Source: Lytechinus pictus
Lineage: Eukaryota
Assembly: GCF_037042905.1 (NCBI RefSeq)
Contig: NC_087245.1
Coordinates: 16,494,001-16,558,000, forward strand
Reading direction: 5' to 3'
DNA: 64,000 nucleotides
A program made the translations under genes and the position numbers. Positions 26,114 to 38,800 of this stretch are shown here, in pieces; the stretch's first letter is position 1; each line of letters begins with the position of its first letter. The notes beneath the pieces were generated by a model that searched no databases, had not been told where the DNA came from, and saw only the letters and a list, made by a program, of their open reading frames with translations.

Positions 26114-26771
26114 CTGAATAAACAAAAATGAGGAAAGGCACAGAGAAAGGGGATACAGGAAAGAGAGTGAGGGAAGAGGAAGGGAGTGATTCGAAAAAGA
26201 TGGAGAGATTGATACAGAATGTTAAAAATATATTATTCGTCAAAATTTTCAGGAAAGTGAGATTGGTGGAATGGCAGAGAAGCAATTAAAAAGAAAGATA
26301 TACAGTTTTTCGTGTAATTTAGACCAGAGAATTCCTTGTTTAAACTAGCATTGGTTCTGTAAAAACACTTAATATAGCAAAACTGATTCCATAACCCTTT
26401 ACTCTGAGTTCGTGCGGAACGTTACCTGAGATATTTCTAATGAAAAATCAATACACATTTCAGAACAGTAATCTGATAAAAAAAAAGAAACATCTGCTTC
26501 TATGGAGCAGTCGAATTCCTATTTAGTGCATGAGAATAGTAGACCTTAATACCGCATAGATTAAGATATCGACATCATCAAAGTCTTTACCTTCTTGTCC
26601 TAATTCTCCTCCACTGCCTGGGCCTACGGGTACGACAGGTGCAGTGGGTCGGGGGCGTCTGTGTGAGTCTGGACACTCAAACTCAGCTTCTGGGCCTAAA
26701 CACACGATAATCAAAGACAATAATATAAGTTTAATTGCATTCATGAAATCACATTAGTCATATATATATAT

Positions 26772-26856
<85 letters not shown>

Positions 26857-29800
26857 CTTTTCAAGGCAAATCTTTATCCACTCTTGGAGGCTTCCTCACA
26901 CAAGAAATAACTCGCATGTTCCCCTTTGTGGTGCTTTGCGTTTGGTAGCCAATAAGAGTGGACGAAAAATTTCTTACAATTTCCAAGGTTGGTATAATGA
27001 TCGAATATGAAAACCACGGGTTTTAAGTGATATTGGTAATAATGGACGTTATGATAACGGTAATGTTAAGAAGATTCTAAAATTATATTGGCGATGCTTG
27101 CAATAATGGTATAAGTGATTGCAATTTCCGATAGTCTCTGGCATCAGTATCATAACTGTGCTCATTGAATATTTTGGTTTCAATATCTAGATATAAATCT
27201 AACTTGTTTTCTTATACAGCCTATCCAAAATTGCAATACAGTAAATGGACACTGACACTTTAGTCCAATAAGGTTTTACTATTCAATAAAGAAAGGAATA
27301 TGGGAGTCGAATTTATTTACCTGTTAAATTTTTGAAGAATTTAGGGATAACAAACTGTCCCTTAAGGTCGTTTGTTGTGCGTTAATGTTTGCTTATAGTA
27401 TTGTTTTGCGATCGGGCGTGTAACAAATAATTGTCTTCTTAAAGAGACTAACCAAATCATAATTATGCTTAGGTTTAACCCTGCACTGCAAAAACTCTGG
27501 TGTTGATTTAACACCAGCCCGGAATCTATATATGTTCACACCAGAGAAGTGTTAAACAACACCAGTTTCGTTTTAGTCTAACACCAGATAGGTGTTTATA
27601 CAACACCAATTGGTATTAAAACAGCATCGGTTTGATTCCAAACTGGTGTTGTTTCAATACTTCTCTGGTGTGGACGTATATAGATTCTGGGAGGGTGTTA
27701 AATCAACACCGGAGTTTTTGCAGTGTGGGTGAAACTGTGTGAGGGCGTTAATGCATAAAGGTTTTTGGATTGATTAACAGAATATAATGAAAACAAAGTT
27801 TAGTAAGTTCCTCAAGAAGTGAACTGTTCTTAGGGATTCAATCCAACTAGAATGTGTGGTTGTAAAAATCTACAGTTGGTTTTATCATGTTTATCCTGAG
27901 TATTTCAGAGTGATAAAATACAGTTTTGCAAGCACCGGCCTTAATTTGTATGTCCCATCGGATGTAAACTTTTACAATGGAGGCTGTTTTTGAATAGGTG
28001 GTTCCACAAATCATGTTTCCCAAGTGCGCAATATTTCGTAACGCTTCTGACTATCTGAACTTGAACAAATACTGTCTGGCGATTAAATTAACATGTCCGT
28101 GCTTATGTTCCGCTCTAGTCCCTTAGTATAGTCACTCTTTTCCCCGGCTAACCATCGTATTTCATGCAAGTCATCACCCTCATCAAAAGCTATGCCCGTA
28201 TATGGACAGACTGTCATTTTGGCCTGTTTTCGCCTCGTTTAGAGAATATTCCTGGGGCTATGTGCCAGACGAGAGTTTTATTATATTCACCCTTCCTTCT
28301 CCTCTAAAAATAGATAGTGGTCATTAAGCTCTTAACATGCATCAGTGCAGGCAAGTTGATGTTTAGCAGAAAATGCTTACTCTGCTTATACGAAGTAACA
28401 ATTTGGTTGTAAATATTAATATATCTTAATCTGAAATATTGATGGATCAGTTGCCATGTGTAATAAAATACTAAATAGTCGGACTTTAAAGTAATTGGAT
28501 TTCTAATTTGTGTTTCAAGTAAAAAAAAAAGTAAACCATTTTTACACCCTAAACAATTGAAACTTCATTACTCCATTAGCGTGATAACAGTTCTCTTCTC
28601 ATAGATTCGCTGAGCCATTATCATCGCACCATCTGAGCCAATATTGTCTAGACGGAACGATGATTCGTTTCCTATAGAACACCCCATAGATACAACAATA
28701 GAACATTTTCCGGCATCAGATTTCATTTCCGCTGAAAAATCAAGGGTAAAGTGATTTTATACCCCTCCCTCTTCGGATGCAAGGTGGAAATGCTCAAATG
28801 AAACGTATTGGTATTACCTATGCCATGAGTTTCTTAAGGATTACATAAGATAATGATGATTTTCACAATTTACCCCCCCCCCACACACACACACACACCA
28901 TCACCAGCAAAATAGAAGAATGATAAGAAGAAAAATTATTCTACACATGTGCGTAAGACAACGTTCGAGATTTGATGTCATCAATATTTCATCTAACATA
29001 TGTTGGCCCACACTAATAGTGCATGCGAATCGATGAAACCTACTCCGAACAGACCGATGTTGCGTCATTCGAAATAACGCAACTGTTTTCGATCGTTTCA
29101 TTCGCATCACTGAGACGCAAAAAATCTGCACGGAATCTTATGTGTGTACGACACAACAGCCATAAACCAAGACGCACATACACCTCTATTCGTCACTGCA
29201 CAATCTATCAACGCAAAGCGACATTTGTTCCTTACGTATCTCACACGTTGTGAGAGGAAACGCATCTCGTTTCTCAAGTTTGAGTCATCAAATTAACGCA
29301 CCCCGTTCCACTTCTACAAGCGGAAGAAGTCTCTACCGTCCTGACCTTTCAAAGTAAGGTCGTTGCCATGGTAACTTGATTTTCTAATATCCACCCTGTT
29401 AGAATGATGATAGACTTTTTGTGGGATATTTAATTCATATCAGGTTGTTGCCACATAATGAATGACAATATATCTTCTTAAAAGAGTAAATGTCAACAAA
29501 TTAATATTGACACAGTAAAACCCCACAAGAATCACAAGACGTCGTACATGTATCGCATTTTAACAAAACAGGATTCGAGATGTAGATCCTTTCCACATCT
29601 GATTCATAATTATTCATATGGAAGTTTCACATTCTTGAGGTACAGTCCTTGAGGCACAGTCTGTTTTTCCTCTGACATGTCCGATCAATACTGTCCTACA
29701 CATCCAGCATCAATGCAAACATATCAAAACTGCCAACCATTTTTTATCGACAAGGATTTGTACGGGTTATCACCCACCCACCAGGCAGCCAGAATGGTAA

Positions 29801-32800
29801 AAGAAATATATAATCTAATTTACAAGCTGTCCAATCTACACAATTTCCCATTACACTTTGATGATCCTATTATTAAGACTGCGCCTCGGGGGAAGAGAAC
29901 GTTAGATGAAACGTAGAGGATATGATAAGAGATGTCTTCATAAAGTATCTTACCCACGGGGTCTTTATTATGGCCAATAGTAAAGGTTCTTGTATTTAAC
30001 GAGCCACTGCTTTTTTAATGTAGTTCTCAATAAAACTCGATAAAACTATAATCTTCCCCTTTTGGTCTAGTACTATCATGGAGTAGGTCCATGGTACTAT
30101 CAACATGATCAAATAGATCTTCCATATGCATTGTTTTCTCTGACAGGCCTGTATGGTCTCGTAGGATTAAGCTTGCATCTCATTTTATTCCCCTTTTTCA
30201 TCATTTAGCATATACTTCGTACATCGTGTTCGCAATTTCCCCTAGGCGCTCCATCTTGTTCAATCCCGACACCATTTACTGACTTATTAACCGATAGGTT
30301 GGCATGCTATTGATTAACACGGTACTTGAACGATGATAATGACCAGATGTTAGCATGCAGATGAACCATTCATCACAATGCCGGCTTCTTTAAGAGGTCC
30401 TGTCTTTGAAATATATAACATGTAAGTAAGGACCGCGTTCTTCACAACCAGCACTTAGAGATTTCGGGGAGATCTTTGTATTGCTCCAAGATACAGGATA
30501 TCATGGTTAAACCATTGGCTACACAACATATCGCTGTCTTTGGATGATTATTTATCAATCAAACCAGGGGGAGGGGGCAAGGGGGAAGATTTGATATTGA
30601 AAGGACATTGTTACATCACCTATATTATAATTTGCGAATTTATTTTTAGATCATTAGATAATGATTCATACATTCATTCAAATATAATGTAAAGATTATG
30701 ATATATCAATCGACTTCCAACCTCAAACCCTCAAACCTAATATCCCTGAAGGATTTTTCAATTACGTATGTTTTAGAGGAGACAACTACGAGATGCATTT
30801 TACTCTTTTTAAACATGAACATGGATTGCGATCCACAAGATGAATTGGTCATGAAAAGGGTAACAAAGCAGGCAGCACCCCCTTGACAGCAGACATCAAT
30901 TACCTCTGGATTGCATAGGTGACACCCCCACATACCGCCAAAGCATATCATTATCATCATCATGGGAAACTTACCCTGCCTGCCAGGCCTTGTACATGTG
31001 ATTTGCCTGAGCTGGTAGGCTGCTGGGTAACCGAACGATGTGCCGCTGGCAAACCCGTAAACGATGGCCATGTAATGAACATCCTTCTCGTAATTTGTCA
31101 GAATGTTTCGGATGTTATCAAGAGGAATGGTCCTGGATAAGAGATAAATAATAGGCAAGGCAACACATTATACATTCCATAAATGCAAAATACTGAAGTG
31201 TGTCGACCTGATCAACAATAAAAACATATATAATTTTCAATTAGTTTTCTTGGTCATCAATCCGACAAGAAAGAAAAAACGTAACCTTAAGCATATCTTT
31301 AGCAGATCTTTGGAAAGATGGTTGTGACTCAACACATATTTCCAACGGGCTAGGTTTTGGGCCATTTCATTTTTTATCAATTACTTGGAAAACTACTAGT
31401 AAGGAATTAGTAATGAATGTAAAATAAATGAATATCTTATTTGATATGGCTTATTCATTTATGTTTCTTACGCACACATCCTAATCCCGAAACAAATTAC
31501 TTACGAGTCGGCTGTGAAAGTTGAAGAGATACCCGTGCCTGGGATGCCTTGCTCAGGTTCAAATGATGATTTTCCATTGAGACTCATGGTGAAAAGAGCT
31601 GGTGAAGTGAAGGAAACTCCAGCAAACATGTTGAGCATGTCTGTACCTGATTGATTGAAAGAACCAAAGGTGATCTCCTTCTGCATGTACTGTTCGACAG
31701 GTGGGATGAGGGTCATGAAGGGATCTCCATTATTATCCTTCTGCATTCCTTTGGCGTACTGTACAACCATGATGGGTTTATCTGATTGCAGAGTGGTCTT
31801 CAGTGAAGCTGGCTGATTGAATTCCCTGAAGCTGCCTTCGAACTGAAGCTGAACGTTATTTCCCATAATGTGTACTGTGGTTGATGGACGACCAGCGATA
31901 ATCCTGAAGATGAATCCACCGGATCTGTTAGAGAATGGCAAAAGGGTAAATCGCTTGCCCCAAGTGTTGAATGGGGGCAGGTGCTCTACGAGATGGTCAC
32001 ACCTGTATACTTGGGTTGGGACGAGAGTGCAGGAAGCTCCAGACATGACGCTGATGGGCTTGGTGGATGTAATCCTGGTTCCTGTAAGATCTTCCTGGCT
32101 CTGAAACTGGATGGACTGATACTTTCCAATATTGACGGTCAGTGTTTGTCCTTTGCTGTACCATTGTGAGTTGTGTTGAAGCCTAGCCTGAAGAACGATC
32201 TTCACGGCTGTATCGGCCTGGATGCCTGTGATCAGGAACTGTGACATCTCAATGGGCACCGGGTCGTAAGATGCCACAAAGTACTCTTCACCAAGACCAT
32301 GAGTTGGGATAGCCAAGAAAGCATCGTTTGTCATGGTGAGCGAATTGAGGCCATGAACTGATATATCCTTGGTTGCTCTTACGATAAGCGTACCATTGAC
32401 TGGCCCAGCCCCCCGAGCAGCAATATCTGGGTTAAGATCCACTTGCCTTACCTGCCAATAGAATGCATGATAATAAAGAATAAATGAATGTATACTAAGT
32501 AGTTATTTTATACATCAATAATGTTTCATTATTTTGTTTATGTTGAAAACAAATAAATCTAGGAAATGTAAAGCTATCCTCCTTCTATATTTGAAAAGCT
32601 ACAGTCACTTGAATCGTCAATCAGTATGCTTGTTGACTATCATGCCTAAGAATTTTGTCTATTAAAACACAGAAAGGTTACCTGTTTATGTTGTATTTGC
32701 ACCGTCTGTTGCCAATTGAAGTTTGGTGCTTCGACTTGAACCCTTGTCAGACCTGGTTCGTTGGCTCCTATTAGCAGCGAGAGTCTGTCTGGTCTTTTAT

Positions 32801-35800
32801 TCTGAAAGTTACTCTGGAAGGCGAAGACGAATTCCTTACCGGTCGTGTCAAGAGGAGCTGATGAAATAAAAAAGAGAGGAAGAAACAAGAGTTTATATTA
32901 GTTTATGTTTAATAAAATTATTTCAAAAGAAACTTTTAACATGATTTCAATTATGACGTCACAAAAGTTCACATCTAACTAAGATCGTGAAGTGTATATA
33001 CATTTCGGATCATAACTAACTGGCTATATTGCATTTGCAATTATTGATTGGAATGTATGTGAGTATCTTACATTGCATGAGTGGTTGTATTGGAGGATGT
33101 GTGTGGGGGAGGGGAGGGTGTGTGTGTGTGATGGTGTGTTTGTGAAGGTATGAGGGTGGGTGGATGATTCATGACTCTCGTTGCTGTGCGCCATCGTAAT
33201 GTAACACATTGGGTTTGTTAAGAAACAAGGATATTAGGGGCAATCTGACATAATATCATGTCGCTCTTTACAAAACTAGAAAAAAAAACGTGATTATTAT
33301 TAATTGTTCTGCTTGGGCGAATACTGGAGAAAATAAATCAACGAAAATTATTTTTGGTTGTTATGTAAGAAAAAGCTAAAAAAAGGTCAAAATTAAGTAA
33401 CACTAAACCACTATGAAAAAAAAGGTTCTGTAAAATATGACGAAGATATTAAGCCTAATCTGTTCTTCGACAGGATAACATAGGCCTACAATGGAGAAAA
33501 ATGTATGGCATAGTAAGTGAGGTTAATGTAAATTGAATAATGTAAACCATTATCAAATATCTTGTTCGTGTTGCAGTCACATATTATTCCACTCACACAA
33601 TGCAAGTTTCATGGGTTTTGGAATCCCTGGAGTTGTGAGCAAGGTGACTCAGATAAGCTGATGTATGTCATAGAGGTATAAATAGCTTCTCTCAAAATCT
33701 GCGGATTTCCGGCTACTTCCTCGCCCGTTTCGTTTGTAATATCGCCCGAAATACATACAGGAATAATGCGATGCTACGAAGGAGGAGGAATGGAGGAGAG
33801 AAACCAAGGAGGTGTCGAATATGAGTATTCCCAGATTATCAAATTAGATTACAAATGTGATTTGCGAAGGTACAAGCCTCGCAGCTGTGTCAATCCTGAT
33901 GAAAAGGATTAGCAATGCTTTTGAAACACTCGCGAACAAATAACCCTATTTACAATGCATGAGATTTCTTTTTATGCTTAATGATCCGTTAATCAAACAC
34001 CCTAGATATGCCCTTCAAACTTGAGGCACCCGAATATCAAAAACATAAAATTAAAACATACCTTGAATAAAAACATCTTTCGGAATCTGACAGATATAGG
34101 TATATATATATATCTATTTAATTCGAACATAAAGACGAATTGTTATCATACAATCGTGGCGCCAGATTACTTTGAAAGTGATTTAATACATAAATAGAAT
34201 AAAATAAATTTTGACCTAAATTCGAATCGTTGCACCTCAACACAACTGATAGACGATTACACCTCTTACATATTTTTAATCAATTTATCGGATGTAACAA
34301 TCTTTTCTGGCTGCAAACGCCGGGCAGAGGTAACATTTCAATCAATCCTGAAATATCGTGCATGTTGACGGCTAGATATTATTATACACTCTTGAAATGT
34401 TGGGCAACATACTGTCTACACAACAATTGGTTAAACAATTATCCAACTCTGGGTAGTTTTCAACCAATACTGTGTAGTCTTTACCCAAAGCACACATTAT
34501 TGGTTTAAAACTACCCAGAATTTTTTAAGTTTTAACCAATTGTTGTGTGGACAGTATGTTGCCCAACATTTTTAGGAGTGTAGAGATGTTCTAAGAGTGC
34601 GTGGCTTATTGCATAAAGTTTACAATCAACTTTGCTACTGGTACTTGCTTCCATTGAACACCAATGTGTTTGCTGGCGTGAGAAACAAGATAGCTATTAT
34701 AAATGTGAGAGTACGTCTTATGTAACGACCACCGTGAGAAGCCCCATTGAATATTTAGGCATATAACGCAATTGACGTCTCTACAAGACATACATGGTGT
34801 GTTTATGATTTGTTTTTAAACGGCTTTAAACGTACATGCATTTTTATTCCATTGACACCTACTTTTTACGTTTTGAAGGAACCTACATTGTGAGATATCA
34901 CCTTCAAATCGAAGAACAATTCATGTTTTATGCGCGATTGAATAAGTCTGCATTAAGTCTGATACACCGACCTGGAGGACTGTACTTTCAAGGATGATGA
35001 TGATAATGATGATGAAGTAAACTTAAACTTCCGTCAAAAATTCATAAGTTCTTTGAAAATTTTAAGGCAAGAAACGGTTACGTAACTTTTACAACTTAAA
35101 TAATATTGATCTTGAATCTCCATCGTACGAGATTATCATCCTTGGCTGCCCTCAAACGAGTGAAAGTTTGGGTGGGCCTTGAAATTCATCATTGGAGTTG
35201 ATCCAAACTATCAGTCCGGAATCAGTCGAGACTTAGTCAAATATAGATTAACTTTGTCTAAAAGTAGGCTATAGCACGGGTAACAAGAGGAGTCGGAGGG
35301 GTACAAGAGAGGGGTAACTACAGGGCAACCTTTTGGTACAAGTGGTCACTTCTATATCCAGCGTAGTCTCAGAGGAGTGATGGGTGGTATAGGTAAGAAA
35401 GGTGAGACGGGATGAGAGGTAAGATTTTGGGCCTGGATTGGTGACGAAGGATGGAAGATTATTTTAAAAGCTTGGAAACGAAAAAGGCGGCACCTCAAAG
35501 AGATACTTAAATAAAACCTCCCCTTCGTCATTACGATGAAAGTCTCGAATCTATCGGTCCATTCGTTTTTCTTTATCAATAACTGAAATTTCACCTGTCT
35601 CTATAGATTAGAGAGTACAAACGTCATACTGCATGTTTTTTTTTTACATGTTTTAAGGAAACAACAAGTATAAATGTGCAACCTGTGGGGCGTTTCGGAA
35701 AAGGGGGTGCAAGTAAAGGGGAAAGGTGACCGAGCGACACTATAAAGGGATGGCTTGTTAGTCGAAAAGAAAAGAAATTCATCTGTCGAACGACCAAAAT

Positions 35801-38800
35801 ACCAAAGGGTCAGAATTTGTATATTCTTACTATAATATAGTGGAGGATTTGTTCAGATGGTCCGAATAGAGAGATATTTTACTAGTTGCTGAGTATTGAA
35901 TACGGCAAAGACTTATGAATTGGATACTTCAGAATCTAGTCACATTGTTTGAACACTGATATCTCCCTTTCTTCGGTTAGAATAATTCCTTCAGCATCTC
36001 CCATTGGAATATTCGAATGCTTAATCTCATTATTTATCTACATGCATTGCTATAATCGCTGGGAGGAAATCATTTAAAGCTTTTGTCGTGATATCGTTGG
36101 CAAGTGACACGATGTGGCAAAGATCAGTGGAAGCACATTAAGAATTCAATTACTATCTTCCCGTATATCCTCGCTTTTCCGTGGTACGCCCAACTTCCTT
36201 ACTGCTCATGCCAGCTGGAACCTTTAAAAGTCCGTTACCCAGAATCCATAGTATCGCATAGATCCTATGTCATGACGCTTTTTTATTAAATGTTTTTGAA
36301 ATATGTAAGGATTTTACAATATAGAAGGATTAAATTTCTAACAGCCCAAGGGCATGATTAGAGTTGTTCAATAATGTCAATATATTGGAATACTGTTAAT
36401 AACAACTGGCACAATGTACACGGATAGTATGTATGATCAATGTCTTCAACAGTGTCCTATTTAACACATTAGACCATGCAGATTAGCATATCAGTTTGGG
36501 TAAACGTATTGTGAGGTCATTGTGAGCTTGTTTCATCTCATAAAAAATGAGATAAAATAAGTGTCACGGCATCGATATTAGATTTGCGAGAAAATGTGGC
36601 CTGTGCTGAACTTCATAACAAATATCAGCTTTTATTTCGACATTTCAATTTGTGACAGAGGTTGCATGGTATTTTATTCCAACGATTGTTTGATATCGGC
36701 AGTTTGGTCTGGATAGTAAAATTGAAGAAATTGATTGTAAAATGTGTAACTCCAAATAGCAGCTCAATTTAGAGAGGCGGTGAGAAATGAAAAGAAATAG
36801 AGAAAATGAAATGAAGAGAGTTGTAAAGGAAGAGGAATTGAGTTAAGGGGCAGTGAGAAAGATAAGGCGAGGGGTGAGAAAGGAAGAGAGAGGAGCGAGA
36901 TAGATGGAGAAAAGGAAGTGCATTGCCCTGAAATATGAAAAATGAGCTAGACATTTTGTAAATGGATACGGGAATAGCGTATGTTGAGGCAATGGATTTC
37001 TAGAAGACATAAGTAGGCCAACAAGAAAGCTAGGATTCGAGATATATCTCAGATAACACGAATTTAAACCTTTATGTTGGGATTTTGTAGGGAAGGCTTC
37101 CGATAAGATCGAGGAATCTGGGGATAACTTTTCAAATACTCGTATATTGGCTGCCTGTTGAATGATACACTCTTAAAAATGTTGGGCAACATACGGTCCA
37201 CACAACAATTGGTTAAAACTTTATCCAATTCTGGGTAGTTTTACACCAATACTGTGTAGTTTTCACCCAAAGCACACATTATTGGTGTAAAACTACCCAG
37301 AATTGGATAAAGTTTTAACCAATTGTTGTGTGGACCGTATGTTGCCCAACATTTTTAATTATTATAGTATATGAATACAAATATTTCCGGTTTTTATCAT
37401 ATTGACCATACCTATATGGGTAAAACTTTTGCCAGTGCTTTATTGTGCAAAATACAGGCAATTGTGCGAATCTTTGTAGTATCATAAAAGTAATATGATC
37501 ATAAATTATTACAGAGTTCCATAAGAATATTGAACGAAGATCCACGTAGCACCTGTCGTTTGAGAAGCTTCAAACATGTCAACTGTAGGGATTTCTTATC
37601 CTTAAAAATGAGAGCACTGCTTCAGAAGTCTAAACAGTGCTAAAAATAAATACAGGTTGGAAATGTAGAAAGGAACTGAAAACAACCCAATTTCGTCTTT
37701 TCAACCGAAAGCGGGTATCATGGCTTTCCAAGCTCAGCAATATTCTGTTCGTCGACGCGTAAATTCCTCTCGCTTTAAACGACCAGCCCCTCTGTGGAGT
37801 ACCCGCGTGTACCTAAAATGCCTAATTACATGGAAGATTTCCGCGCGATTAATCCGCGCCCACCTGAGGGAGCAATCTAGCGAAGAAACCAGTGCTATTC
37901 GCGACTGAATCTTCAAATGCCAAATTGGCAAACTCTGACATTGTTTGCATGTAATGTATTCATGCCCGCAGCGATGATAGGGTAAAAGTTGAAAAGATAA
38001 ATCAATTGATTCCGCTAGATTATCGGATTTCATTCAAACTAGCCGAATTTGTTATCGAAGCTGAGCAGCATGTTTATACCCACATCCTCGTATACCCTGT
38101 ACAGAAACGCTATAGGATTGGCGACCTACAGGATATATTACCATAACTCACGAATACCAATACTGTATGTCACCAAGTGTGTATTTCATGAAGTTGTTCG
38201 TGAAGTTATGTACGACTTTACGAACGACAGGGACACGTTTTTAGTTGCTAAGTCAGCTTCATCGAGATAAAGTCACTCGCTTTATGAAGCACCCACCAGG
38301 ATATCACGCTTTTACACATACGCACACCCTCATGATCACCAACGGAATAAAATCTCCACAGCCTCCCCTCTATCCCTCACACCCACACTCACATACAAAC
38401 ACACACACACGTGACAAAAAAACATCCTCTCCCTATCCACCACTCACATATATGCATACCTCGCGCGACTCACACGCCCGACACACACCCTCACACACCC
38501 ACTTGAATATATTCATGTATATAGCCACACATCTTAGTGTAGATAATACAAGGGAAACCAAACAAAACTTGAATCTACAGGTTTCTTGTAAGTTAAATCG
38601 ATACTACTTCTACATCTACCGAAGACATCTTATTACATAAATGCATGTAATTGCGCAATAGAAACATCCATCTCATATTCAATATTTTCAAAATATTTCT
38701 GTTTGCCATTAAATTTCTAGTATCTCAAAGATTCTAAGTAATAAGTAAATTACTAGATAATTTATGTCATCGTGTTCACAGATGTTTGAAATAATTGAAA

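Noticed and set aside
27950..30560. Possible decayed LINE pieces in gene 2 intron 4
   Set aside because: Only isolated motif-like fragments (e.g. QWFN); too degraded to call without a search.
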